DNA from: Eledone cirrhosa
Taxonomy: Eukaryota
DNA: 64,000 nt
Assembly (NCBI GenBank): GCA_964016885.1
Contig: OZ024742.1
Span: 102,858,001-102,922,000 of the forward strand
Reading direction: 5' to 3'
The notes beneath the pieces were generated by a model that did not search any database, had not been told where the DNA came from, and saw only the letters and a list, made by a program, of their open reading frames with translations. A program made the position numbers and the translations under genes. Of the stretch, positions 1-12,603 are shown in pieces (within the stretch, counting starts at the first letter, position 1; every line of letters begins with the position of its first letter).

Positions 1-11
1 GATAATTGCAG

Positions 12-135
12 GTATATTTAAGTGTGTTTTGGCAGAATGAACAACTTGGAGTTGCCTACTATGATGTGGATACAACTGAAATTAAGATGATGTTTGATGT
101 GCAGGAAACTGATAACTTTGTAACTTTGCTTTCAG
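12..135 (+). CDS. MSH5: MSH5 internal coding exon (VYLSVFWQNEQLGVAYYDVDTTEIKMMFDVQETDNFVTLLS)
   Basis: ttgcAG|...|GTaac; 124 bp, phase 0->1; matches recalled human MSH5 IHLCVLWNSGYLGIAYYD.. segment. Confidence 0.92.
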
Positions 136-189
136 GTAACATTTAATATTCCATTTTTATTTCTTTCTTTTCTCATCCTTGCCCTCTTC

Positions 190-515
190 CTTCCATACAC
201 TTCCCATGTCCTAATACCCTACCCTTCACCAGATAAATCCCTCACCCTACCCTAGATGTACCTCTCCAATTCCCACACACATCCCCAACCCAGCCCCCAG
301 TCCACTCTGTAAAGTGGTTGTGTAGGTGTCATGACAAAAAGCACACTGTAAATGTGATTGCTGTTAGGAAAGGTATTCACCCATAGAAACCAAGCCAAAA
401 TCAGTTCTGTATGAGTAAGATATGGTCATCTGATCTGGCTTGTCTTAAAGGGACAACTTGTCTAACTCATGCTAGCATGGAAAAATTGACATTAAACAGT
501 GATGATGATGATGAT
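190..515 (+). mobile_element. RTE LINE 3'UTR/tail fragment
   Basis: C-rich UTR, ttaggaaaggtattcacccatagaaa block, stem-loop tail and (GAT)n end; similar to 8878-9300 in reverse. Confidence 0.65.
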
Positions 516-639
516 TAACACAATATAGTAAATGTGTTAAGATACTGGAGACTATAGTGTTTGCTGATTGAATGGTGACAATATAGGGTCTGAGAAGACT
601 TTTCAGTTTAGACAATCATGTGGCAACCTTTCTAGTACT

Positions 640-1800
640 GGTGCCACAATAAAATGTACCCAGTCCACTCTGTAATGTGGTAGTGCTTGTGACACAATAA
701 AACACATCCAGTCCACTCTGTAATGTGGTAGTGCTTGTGATACAATAAAACACATCCAGTCCACTCTGCAATGTGGTAGTGCTTGTGACACAATAAAACA
801 CATATAGTCCATGCTGTAAAGTGGTAGTGCTTGTGACAATAAAACATCCAGTCCTTGCTGTAAAGTGGTAGTGCTTGTGACAATAAAACATCCAGTCCAT
901 GCTGTAAAGTGGTAGTACTTGTGACAATAAAACATCCAGTCCATGCTGTAAAGTGGTAGTGCTTGTGACAATAAAACATCCAGTCCATGCTGTAAAGTGG
1001 TAGTGCTTGTGACAATAAAACATCCAGTCCATGCTGTAAAGTGGTAGTGCTTGTGACAATAAAACATCCAGTCCATGCTGTAAAGTGGTAGTGCTTGTGA
1101 CAATAAAACATCCAGTCCATGCTGTAAAGTGGTAGTGCTTGTGACAATAAAACATCCAGTCCATGCTGTAAAGTGGTAGTGCTTGTGACAATAAAACATC
1201 CAGTCCTTGCTGTAAAGTGGTAGTACTTGTAACACAATAAAGCACATACAGTCCATGCTATAAAATAGTAGTGATTGTAACACAATAAAACACATCCAGT
1301 CCATGCTGTAAAGTGGTAGTGCTTGTAACACAATAAAACACATCCAGTCCATGCTGTAAAGTGGTAGTGTTTGTAACACAATAAAACACATACAGTCCAT
1401 GCTGTAAAGTGGTAGTGTTTGTGACACAATAAAACATATCCAGTCCATGCTGTAAAGTGATAGTGTTTGTGACACAATAAAACATATCCAGTCCATGCTG
1501 TAAAGTGGTAGTGTTTGTGACACAATAAAACATATCCAGTCCATGCTGTAAAGTGGTAGTGTTTGTAACACAATAAAACACATACAGTCCATGCTGTAAA
1601 GTGATAGTGTTTGTGACACAATAAAACATATCCAGTCCATGCTGTAAAGTGATAGTGTTTGTGACACAATAAAACATATCCAGTCCATGCTGTAAAGTGG
1701 TAGTGTGTGTGACACAATAAAACATATCCAGTCCATGCTGTAAAGTGGTAGTGTTTGGGAAACAATATATGTACCCAGTCCTCTCTGTGAAGTGGTAGTG
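640..1800 (+). repeat. Minisatellite, ~25 units of 44/48 bp (acaataaaa[ca]catccagtccatgctgtaaagtggtagtgcttgtgac), embedded in an RTE/SINE-type 3' end that resumes at 1800-1965
   Basis: direct reading of tandem units; source of ORFs 603..2009, 616..1245, 632..1831, 1258..1809. Confidence 0.95.
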
Positions 1801-4800
1801 CTGATCCACAAAAAAAAAAAAAAAAATGCACCTAGTAGACTGTGTAAGGTGACTGATGTTAAGAAAGGAATCAAGCTATAGAAACCATGCCAAATATGGA
1901 TTCTGGCCAACCTGTCCCAGTACGGAAAGTAGATATAAAACAGTGATAAGGATAACAATGATGATTTCTGTGCTAGCGTGGGTGAAATCATTTTTGCAAA
2001 TTTAGGCATATTCTTTTAAGGAAGAAGGGAAGGATCAATAGATTTTGCACCTGGATGTCTATCTCACTGCTTAACAAGAGATCCTGTGAAATAGAGAGTT
2101 GGACCTGTTTGTCAGCCTGTGGAAATGGAGGTAAACAGAATTATATGTCTTACTTAGTGGCACAACACAATAACTGTCTAACCAACAAACATACCTTTCT
2201 ACTCAATCACTGAAATAGTAGCCACATTTCAAATTTCTTTTGAATTGTCTCCTGTTTTAGAAAAAGGAAATTTAATTGGCTAATTTAATATTATATGCTC
2301 TATGTCTGAAAAAAGCTGGGATGGTCACAGCTAATGCAGTTTTGGACATAGCTCTACACTATTAGGATTGAAACTATGTGTTTAAACAACAAGAACTCAA
2401 TAGCTAGATGTAGTAATGTTTAAACTTATAACTAAACAGAGTAGTCTAATAATTGTTTCTACTTTAGCATAAGGCCAGCAATTTTGGGGGAGGGGAAAGT
2501 CGATTAAATCGACCCCAGTGCATTACTGGTGCTTTATTTTATTGACTCCGCAAGGATGAAAGGCAAAGTTAATAATATCAGCTGAATGTTTGTTTGGAGA
2601 TAGAAACATTTTTACTATTGAATCCTACTAAAGGTGGTGGATTGGCAAAATTGGTAGAGCGTCAGATAAAATACCATTGTGATATTTTTCTGGCTCAAAT
2701 CCTGCCACAGTCAACTTTACCTTTCATTCTCCCAGAGTCAATAAAATAAAGTAGCAGTCAATTACTGGGGTTAATTTAATCAACTTTGCCAATCTTCCAA
2801 ATCTATATTCTCATATTAAGCTGGTGTTTGGAACATAACTTAACAAAAGTTCTTAAATGGAATTATGATGGAAAGTTTTTAGATGAATATAAACACTTTA
2901 AAATATACTGATTTATATCATAGGCCCAAAAGCAATTTCAGGGGGTTTGGTAACAAAAGGGATAAATATCTTCTACCACTTCAAACCTCTACTCAATGTC
3001 ACCATGACCTGATGCCATGTAATAGTGATATTAAGAAATTAACTGAAATATAATAATTCAAAAGTTGTATTGATTTGTTTTTTTAAGAATGCATGTGTTA
3101 GAAGTCACAGTATGGCCAAATGGTTAAGGGATACCCTTCACAATCATTTAGTCACAATCATTTGACCTCACTGCATGGTATCTTGGGCATGTGTCATCTA
3201 CCATAGCCTCGGATTGACCCTGTACCTTGTTAATGAAATTGGGTGGATGGAAACTTTTTGAAGCCTGTTGAATATACCTGTAATTCATGCTGAATCTCTC
3301 TGAGAATTATATTAAAAGTACACATGTCTGTGGAATGCTTTACTGCTTACATAGTAATTTCACAAGTAGGTTGTACCATTCATTGAACAACTGGAAAACC
3401 AATGGAGGTCCATTGATACATTAGAAGTACATAGCTGTATGAGCCAGAAAGTATGAGTATGGTTAGCAGAAGATCTGTGGTTTTACCAAGGAAATGAGTT
3501 GGTTATAATCTTATTGACCTGAAGAGTTTTGATGCTTCAATCAGATGAGTGAAGTATGTATGACAGTGAATGTGGACAGTAAAGGGTGGGCTGCTTTTGG
3601 TAACTGATGAGGAAGGCATTCACTCTGATGCATCAGTGTAAAAGGGAAAAATAATTCAATGTAGTTGGTGAATCAAGAAAGCAATTAGGTTAACCTGTGT
3701 ATGTGATATCAGATTTCTATCCTCCACATGTCTCTCTTATTGACTAATGCTGCCTAGCCCCTTACAGTAACCACTACACCAAGTCCTTCATCCTCAGGAT
3801 GTTGGCTCTCTAGTATTTCTTCCTTGGCCCTATTTTTTTTCTGCAATCATCATATTGCAAGTTGTTCAATTTCACTGTTTTTTTGTGTTGCCTGGAAAGA
3901 CCACAGGCACACCCTCTTCTTCCAGACCAGACCACTTAAAAAGCAAAATCAAAAACAAAGGATAGTAAGAGTATTGATCGACTTAGGAGTACTTGGAACA
4001 AAATACTTTAATAAAATGACTCCTAACAAAGGCATAAGGCCAGCAGTTTTAATGGAAAGTCAATTAAATTTATCCCAGTACTTCACTGGTACTATATATT
4101 TTATCAACCTGGAAGGATGAAAGACAATTTTGACCTTAGCAGGATTTGAAACTAGTGTGTAGAAGGTCATAATAAAATACTGTAATGTATTTCATCTGAC
4201 TTGTTAATGATTCTGCCAATCCACCACCCTAGTTTGATAGTTGGACCTCATTGGTGAGATTTTATAGGATACGGATCACTGAAGTATTAAATTCATCTAA
4301 TCTAACCAGTAGGATAACAAATGAGAAGAATGATGGCGTTTGTGACAATGACTCATCTAGTGATTTGTGATAAATGATGGCTACTTTCCTCAGTTCACTA
4401 ATGACTCTCCACTTCCACTTGGAACCTACATTTACCAATAAATAAGGATTCAGCTGTTGAGAGGTGGGGATGGTGAGAGCAACTCTGAACCTACATGTCA
4501 CATACATATTTGATATGTGCAACACAGATGTCAGCAAAGAACAAACACAGTCAGAAGCTAGCTGAGTATCACCAAAAGATGCAGCAAAGCACATGTTCAA
4601 GTAAGAGTGGGGGGGGGGGGGATGTAAAAACAGGAAATGGAGAATAGATCACATAGTTAGCTGTTGCTATGAAAGGGTGTTGATGGAGAATAAGAGGGTT
4701 GACAATGTTGATCAGCAGGATGCTACATATTTAACCCTTTTGATACATAACAGTCTGAAACAGCCCTTGATTTGTGATACTAAAACTGCTCTTTAAAAAT

Positions 4801-5390
4801 ATTTATCCTTATATTAATATCTTTATCATAATTATATTTTAGAAATTTTTGTTATAAATATCAGTTAGTTATTTTATTAAATTCTTCCAAATGTTTCATT
4901 ATTTTCAAAATTAATTAAAACACATAGGCATAACTATGATAATGAAAAGGTTAAAAGTTTACTGTTGCAAATATAGAGAAAGCTTATCGTAAATATTGTC
5001 AGAATTAAATCCAATATTTCAAAGGGGCAGTAGCTGCATTAATATTTAATCCCGAATTGCATCTCTTTCAGAAAAAAAGTAGATAGAATGTTTGTCTGAT
5101 AAAAGTAAATGGAGAAACCCAGAATGAATTATTTAATTCGACTCTGTCCTCTTAATCAATTAATTAACTCTTAACGGCATGTACTGCAGGAAATCACATT
5201 AGAAAGTCATTTTTGAAAAGTACAAAACAGCATTATGACTGCACCACATGAAAAATTAGTCTTGTTTTAGTTTACTGCCAATTTTCACAATGATCTGTCC
5301 TCTAGTAAATATACTATAAACATTTGAATTAACAACCCCATTTTCAGATATTTTCTGATAAATCATTACAGGCTGTTAAGAGTTACTTAA

Positions 5391-5611
5391 CCCTTTAACA
5401 TTTACATTTCTCTATATATACTACTATATTTTCATGGTAAAGGCTTTACCACACATGGTTATCTCACATAATATCGAATCAATGAGATTTTGATATTACT
5501 TATTTTGAGAACAATACCTTAACATCAGTATGAGTGGCTGGTTACAGCTGGTTTGAACAGAAAGATGTGAGAGAATTCTGGCCGGATATGGCTAGTTTAA
5601 ATGCTAAAGTG
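5391..5611. mobile_element. piggyBac-like MITE, family P1
   Basis: TTAA target duplication; termini cccttta(a)cattta / taaatgctaaag(t)g; 3 further copies in window. Confidence 0.8.
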
Positions 5612-5629
5612 TTAAACAAATAAGAACTA

Positions 5630-5827
5630 TGAGGGTCGGCTAAAAAGTTCACAGGCTGACTATGAAAGAGTGATTCTAGAGCTATGAAATCTTACATGCA
5701 TTAATTTTAACTCTTCTTATTAATAATTGCATTGTTTCTTTACAGGGACTATGTTGAAAAATAAACCTCATTTGGTCATTCCATGAGAGTATCTTGGTCA
5801 GCCTATAAACTGTTCAGCCAACTCTCG
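5630..5827. mobile_element. Tc1/mariner-like MITE
   Basis: TA flanks; ~30-bp TIR gagggtcggctaaaaagttcacaggctgac / gtcagcctataaactgttcagccaactctcg; half copy at 11186-11300. Confidence 0.75.
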
Positions 5828-6921
5828 TAACACTATGCTACTTGTACAGTGGGGGATTAATAGGTTAGGAGTGTGGGGGTTTGAAATAGTTATAATGTGT
5901 CTACAACAGTAATGAAAATTTACAGATCAAAAAGGTTAAGTAATTACCTTATTACAAAGAGAAAGACAAAATTAATATAGAAATAAGTAAATAATAAAAA
6001 AATAAATTGATAAAAATAAATAAAAATGACATCTTTTAAAAGACTTTTAAGTGTTTGAAAATTATGGGTTTTAATGTCAGGAAGATCAAGATAGTGTATT
6101 TATTGGTGCTATGGAAAGTCACATATAACTAATTATTAATGATTTCTTATATTGGCAGTAGGCCACAGCTTTAATGCCAGGCAGAAATATTAATCAATTG
6201 AATTGACTTCTCTAAACACTGTAGGTATTTATGTTATTGACTCTGGATAAAAGCATGGCTGAGTGGTTTAAGAAATTTGCTATGTAACATATTGTTTTGG
6301 GTTCAATCCCACTGTACCATACTTTGGTCAAGTGTCTTGACCAAAGCTTTCTTTGTGTTGACCAATGGGCAGAAGTGCATCGTATATATATATATATCAT
6401 CAGCATCATCATCATCAACATTTATTGTCCATTTTCTTGCCACACACACACACACACAATAGTGTATCTTTTCTGTGTATGTATATGTGTATGTATATTT
6501 ATTTTATGTGTATGTATATGCATATTTTTGAGCAGAAAATGAAAAGAATGGCAAGAAAACTAATAAACCAGTGCTCAAACAAACCTTGTGATATTTGCTT
6601 CATCAAAAGTGCACAGATAATCCTTTGTCACTGTCATCATCATCATCAAATGCAGTGAATCAGTGATTTGTCTATTGGAAATCTGTAAGCAACAACATTA
6701 CTGTTTACAAAATATATGAAAAAGAAAAGTATATTTTCAAATATTAGGTGAGCACACAGTACTCACTGTGAATGAGGTTGACGTTAGGAAGGGCATCCAA
6801 CTGTAGAAATGAATCCCAAATCAATTCTGTAGGAGCAAGACATGGTCACCTGACCTAGCATTGCCCACAACAGGACAACTCGTCTAACCTGCGCTAGCGT
6901 GGAAAATTGGACGTAAAATGC

Positions 6922-6954
<33 letters not shown>

Positions 6955-7192
6955 GAGTAAATGTGATACTCTTGAGGTTTGAACTAAAAATGTAGTGAAT
7001 ATATTGTTTTCTATTTTGTATTCCAGTTTTCTATTTCTGCCACTCTCTCATTTTTTTTGTCACATTCATAATGATTTCTAGCATAGGTACAAAGCTACTT
7101 ATTTTAAAACAAGAAGCGTAGTTAATTATATTGACCCCAGTACATAACTGGTTCTGACTAATCAACTATAGAAGGATGAAAGGCAAATTCAG

Positions 7193-7493
7193 TCTTAGAG
7201 TTATTGGAACTCAGCGATGTAACAAAAATTGTTTATGTCTGTTAAATAAATAATGGTTGATAATTTAGGCACAAGGCCGGTAGTTTTGGGGGGTTTTTGT
7301 ATGTAAGTTGATTATTTTGACCCCAGTACTTGACTGGTATTTTATTAACTGTGAAGTACTGGGGTCAAAATAATCAACTCACATACAAAAACCCCCAAAA
7401 TACTACCGGCCTTGTGCCTAAATTATCAACAATTATTTATTTAACAGACATAAACAATTTTTGTTACATCGCTGAGTTCCAATAACTCTAAGA
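7193..7493. repeat. Inverted duplication, ~140-bp arms (7193-7331 / 7354-7493), 22-bp spacer
   Basis: arms are reverse complements with only a few differences; interrupts a SINE-B copy. Confidence 0.95.
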
Positions 7494-7573
7494 ATGAAAG
7501 TTAAAACTGACCTTTGTGGGATTTGAACTCAGAAGATAAAGAACCATAGCACCATAACAAAATATAACGAAAC

Positions 7574-7860
7574 ATTTTGTCTGGCACTTTAACGATTTGG
7601 TCAATCTGTCACCCCTTCATTTTGTCTGGCACTTTAACGATTTGGTCTCTCTGTTACCTCTTCATTTTGTCTGGCACTTTAACGATTTGGTCAGTCTGTT
7701 ACCCCAACGATTTTGTCTGGCACTTTAATGATTTGGTCAATCTGTCACTCTTTCATTTTGTCTGGCACTTTAACGATTTGGTCAGTCTGTCACTCTTTCA
7801 TTTTGTCTGGCACTTTAACGATTTTGTCAGTCTGTCACTCCTCCATTTTGTCTGGAACTC
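7574..7860 (+). repeat. Minisatellite, ~6.5 x ~45 bp (cattttgtctggcactttaacgatttggtcagtctgtcactcttt)
   Basis: direct reading; lies in the head of a minus-strand SINE-B. Confidence 0.9.
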
Positions 7861-7902
7861 CATTGTCTGCCAATCCACCACCCTTGTCTAATTAAAAATA
7901 AT

Positions 7903-8080
7903 GGTTTCTGATTTAGGCACAAAGCCAGCAATTTTGTGGGGAGGGGAACCTCAATTAAATTGACCCCAGTGCATTACTGGTACTTTATTTTATCGACTCT
8001 GTAAGGATGAAAGGCAAAGCTAACCTCGGCGGGATTTCAACTTTGAACATAAAGGGCCATAACTCTATGCCGCAAAGCAT
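7903..8080 (-). mobile_element. tRNA-derived SINE family B (head truncated)
   Basis: reverse complement of the gcctttcatccttac....gtcgataaaataaagtaccag core. Confidence 0.85.
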
Positions 8081-8313
8081 GCCTAATTAATAATAATAAA
8101 AAGCAATTAAAATCTTTAGAATAAACACCTTTGCTCTGTCAGTATCTCATTAAAGAAATTGCCATCTTCTTCATTATACAAACATCTGTAGTCATTGACT
8201 GAAAATATAATTGACAATCATTGCTGTTGTGATTTCATTGGTGGTGTTATCTTAAGATATCACAGAAATTGATTAACTACAGTGTTATTATTTTTCTCTT
8301 CCTCACTCTCTAG

Positions 8314-8394
8314 TTACTGCTCAGGTTCAGCCCACCTACATAATACTCAGTGCCAAACAAGATGAAAGGATTTTGAAAGTATTGCAGAACTTTG
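8314..8394 (+). CDS. MSH5: MSH5 exon (VTAQVQPTYIILSAKQDERILKVLQNF)
   Basis: polypyrimidine tract + tAG| ... |GTaagt; 81 bp, phase 1->1; conserved SAKQDE motif. Confidence 0.95.
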
Positions 8395-8769
8395 GTAAGT
8401 ACCAACAATTAGGCAACATAATTTTCTTTTAACATTCTATATATCTACTGTAAAGTGATTATTAGACATTTTAAGCACAAATTTGAGCCAGAAAAGAGAA
8501 ACAGGCCTATGATATATTTTTTATTATATTGCAGTGTAGATAAGTGGTAGTACTGGTTCCACAAAGAAATGCACCTGACCCACTCATTAGCGTGGTAGTG
8601 CTGGTGCCACGATAAAAAGTACCTAGTCCACCATGTTGGGTGGTAGTGACAGTTTAGTCTCAGAATGTGACAACCTATCTAAACTATGCAAGCATGGAAA
8701 ATAGACATTAAGACATTAAACAATTATGATGATGACATACATATATGCATACACTCAAGTATATATATG

Positions 8770-8855
<86 letters not shown>

Positions 8856-8877
8856 TATATACAGATATATATATATA

Positions 8878-9530
8878 TCATCATCATCATCGTTGTTTAA
8901 CGTCCATTTTTCCACACCAGCATGGGTTAGGTGAGTTGTTCCATTATGAGACAAGTCGGATCAGGTGACTGTGTCTTGCTCATACTTGGTTTCTTTGGCT
9001 GGATGCCCTTCCTAACACCAACCACATTTATAGTGAGTACTGGGTGCTATTTTTCATGACACTTATATGACCACTTTATAGTGTGGACTGGGCCTTTTTT
9101 ACTGTGATGCCTACATGACCACTTTATAGTGTGGGCTAGGCACTTTTTGTTGTGTCACCCACATGACCACATTACAGTGTGGGCTGGGGACTTGGGTGAG
9201 GGAGGTGCATGGGGATTGGGGAGGTAAATCTAGGGACATGGGTGAGGGATGGGGTGTTAGGGCACAGGTAGAGTATTAAGATGTGGGAGGTGAAGGTGCA
9301 TACTAGATGTATTCTTCAACCCGTGCAGGTCTTCTGTTTAACTGCATAACGCCAGAGATCTCGGACCTGTGTCATCGCCTTTGAGAGGTGCAATTGTGCA
9401 AGGTCGGCTTTTATCACCTCAACTGAAGTCTTCCTCGGTCTTCCTGCTCCATAGCTCCATCAGCTTTGAGCACTCTGCACCGATTTATACAGATGTCATC
9501 CTTTATACACATCACATATCCATGCCAACA
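8878..9530 (-). mobile_element. RTE LINE 3' fragment (ORF end + UTR with ~4 x 45-bp units + tail)
   Basis: (CAT)n tail next to (TA)n; degenerate GRPRKT...DL..L.L ORF end on minus strand. Confidence 0.8.
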
Positions 9531-9967
9531 CAATCTTATATATCTGTCTATATATAATAGGAATTTAGATCAATATAATAGTGAATGTAGAGAAGCCCAC
9601 AGAATTATTTCGAACCTGTTGTCCACAATCGTTCAATGAAAATAAAGGCAAAAAAATCCTTTATCAGAGCAAACTCTTAAGCAGTAAATGCTATGGAACA
9701 ACCATACCCAAATATCATATAACAAAGCAAAAAAGTAAAGAAAACAATTAGCTTAACAACAGAGAACGTGAAAGTAATTACAATTCAAATCACCTGATCT
9801 GTGCAGTTTCAAACTATGTAAAAACCTGCTAATCACCATTATTATAAATTGATGATTAGCAAAGTTAGGACCATATTCTCCTCAGCAGGTCATCCTAGCT
9901 AAAACAGAAAATTTCTGTCTGTGTATATATATATATATATATCATTATTTAATATAGAAATATAGAA

Positions 9968-10360
9968 AGGGCGGTGGATGGGCAGTATCGGTAGAGAGTC
10001 GGATGCCATGCTTTCCAGCATAGTTACGTCCCTTTACGGTCTGAGTTCAAATCCCATCGAGGTTAACTTTGCCTTTCATCCTTACGGGGTCGATAAAATA
10101 AAGTACCAGTAATGTACTGGGTAATTGCTGACCTTGTGCCAAAAGTAGAAACAATTATTTAATATAGAAATGGTGGATTGGCAGTATCGGTAGAGGGTTG
10201 GACGCCATGCTTTGACGCAAAGAGTTACGGCCCTTTCCATTCTGAGTTCAAATTGCGCCGAGGTTAACTTTGCCTTTCATCCTTACGGGGTCGATAAAAT
10301 AAAGTAACAGTAATACACTGGGTAATTGCTGGCCTTGTGCCAAAAGTAGAAACAATTATT
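9968..10360 (+). mobile_element. Two tandem SINE-B copies (9968-10160, 10171-10360)
   Basis: A-box-like gggcagtatcgg/tggcagtatcgg, B-box gagttcaaat, core gcctttcatccttacggggtcgataaaataaagtaccag (Meta-domain-like, recalled), 3' ccttgtgccaaaagtagaaacaatt. Confidence 0.9.
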
Positions 10361-10589
10361 TAATATAGAAATGGCTTCTACAGGACTAGAACTGTTTCAG
10401 TCATGAAATCATGAAGAATGCCGGATGACATAGAAAGTTATTGAAACTTATAGGTTTCCTAGTAGTTGGGGATGGTAGTGGTAGAGAGCCCTATTTTAAG
10501 GAGCAGATTTCACTCGGGATCTACAACTGTGTGTGTGTATATAAAACCACTGCAGATCCTCTTATAAAGATCCCTTGCAAGTAGTAAAC

Positions 10590-11185
10590 TACCTGGAAAA
10601 CTGATGTTACTCTCTTACAACAAGATTTAGATGTCATATACGGATGGGCTGAAAACAACCATATGCAACTTAATGCAAGTAGGTTTCAAGCATTCCACTA
10701 TCACAAATATAGGACTACCACAACAAAGGTAAACTGGACCAGGCAGTATTGAAATCCCTGTGTTAAAATCAAAATGGGACCTAGGTATTGACATGAGCAA
10801 TGATGCATTGTTTTATGTACACATCACCAAAATGATGGCAATGTACAGACAACTGGCAGGTTGGATTCTGAAGACATTCAGGACAAGAGACCCAGAAACT
10901 ATGTTGGTCCTCTGGAGGACATTCGCCTGGACTATTGCTCTCAGCTGTGGTTGCTCCACAGTGTCAAACTAACTGCAGAGCTTAAAGCAATCCAACAAAG
11001 CTACCTGAAGAGGATTGCCTCAATGAAAGAGATGAGCTACTGGGATAGGCTGAAAAAACTAAAGCATTACTCCCTGGAGTGAATATGGGAGAGATATGCA
11101 GTGATATATGTATGGAAGACCCTGGAAGATCTAGCACCAAACTTCGGCATTGAAGGCAGGACCAGCCCATGAACAGGATGCCACT
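10590..11185 (+). mobile_element. CR1/L2-group LINE RT C-terminal fragment (pseudogenised)
   Basis: LLQQDLDVIYGWAENNHMQLNA, RLDYCSQLW, MSYWDRLKKLKHYSLE motifs with frameshifts. Confidence 0.85.
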
Positions 11186-11448
11186 GGAAAGAAACAATGC
11201 AGTTATTAATAAGAAAAATTGAAATTAATGCATGTAAGATTTCACAGCTTTAGCATTACTCCTTCATAGTCAGCCTATAAAATTTCAGCCGACCCTCGTA
11301 CATACTACCAAGTAATACTACATGAATATCTAAAACCCTTAGCAAAAACAGGGTACATACTACCAAATTGTAATCAATTGCGAGTAACATGTAAGTTTTT
11401 TTTGTTTTAGTTTAAACTTACCATTATTCTCTATTTATTTAACCACAG

Positions 11449-11520
11449 TGCAAAAGCCACTTGAATCTTTTCCTGGTAAAGGCCAAGACTGCATTAAATT
11501 TCTGCCCAGTATTGATTTCT
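11449..11520 (+). CDS. MSH5: MSH5 exon (VQKPLESFPGKGQDCIKFLPSIDF)
   Basis: cacAG| ... |GTaagt; 72 bp, phase 1->1; FLPSIDF matches MSH5 FLPSVDF. Confidence 0.9.
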
Positions 11521-12554
11521 GTAAGTTGTTTTTCATTTTATGTTGTTGTTTTTTATTTTAAATAACCCATATTGGGAACTTCTTGGGAATTATAGCTCTC
11601 CTGGACCATCATGATCTTATGTTGTAGTTACTTCATGTTCACTATCTCTTAAGATTATCTCCTATTGAACTCTTCAGTCATTATCGTCATCATCATTTAA
11701 CACTTGTTTTCACTGCCGGCATGGGTTGGTCAGTTCTTCACAAACAAAGTCAGTACTCAAGTGTAACTATTGACCTCTCAGATGAGCTGGAGGCCTACAT
11801 TTTGCTTACATACGTTCCTGTGCTCAACTGAGTGCATTTTTTCATGGCACCAACACTAAGGAGGTTATTATGTTTTTGACACAACTGACGAGTCCTCCTG
11901 ACCCTTTGTTTGGCAGGTTTTCTATGGCTGGATGCCCTCCCTATTGACAACCAGTAAATATGCAAATTATGCTGGGAATCAAGTTGTATGAAAAAAGAGC
12001 CACAAAATGATTAATATAATGATTAATATAAACCAGGATTCTAACCAGATGATAGTAATCATAATTCAATTGTTAACCCTTTTTAGTTGTTGTAAAAAGG
12101 TGCTTGTTTCCACATTCTGCCGTCCCCTGTATCACAAAATGAAAAACATTTTTTGAGGAAGTTTTTTAAAGGTTTTTATACTGTCTGACGAGCCCTGGCT
12201 ATCGGAATTGTTAACATGAACACTATCTAGCTGTAGTCCTTGGCGAAATATGTATCATGTAGATATAGTAAACCTAAATTGACTGCATAGGACCTCCAAT
12301 CTTTTTAATGCCATATAATTGTCCAGCTTGTACCAATTATACAGGTTGTTGAGCAATTCATTTATCACAGCTGACCAACTGAAATATTGTCTGCACACCC
12401 CTAATCAGTTAGCCTCATATAATAATAATAATAATATATATATATATATTATATATATGAAGGAGTCAGGACCCCAACGGCTGAGCTCCTGCCATATTAC
12501 CACATTCTACTACCCCAAGTATCGAGTACTCTGGTTTTTACTGCATCGATTCTG

Positions 12555-12603
<49 letters not shown>

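Noticed and set aside
640-1800. CRISPR-like regular array (also 43507-44188, 7574-7860)
   Set aside because: Head-to-tail repeats without unique spacers, eukaryotic context, no cas genes
603-2009. 468-aa and overlapping long minus-strand ORFs
   Set aside because: All frames are open because the 44/48-bp minisatellite unit lacks stops; the translations are periodic and have no domain
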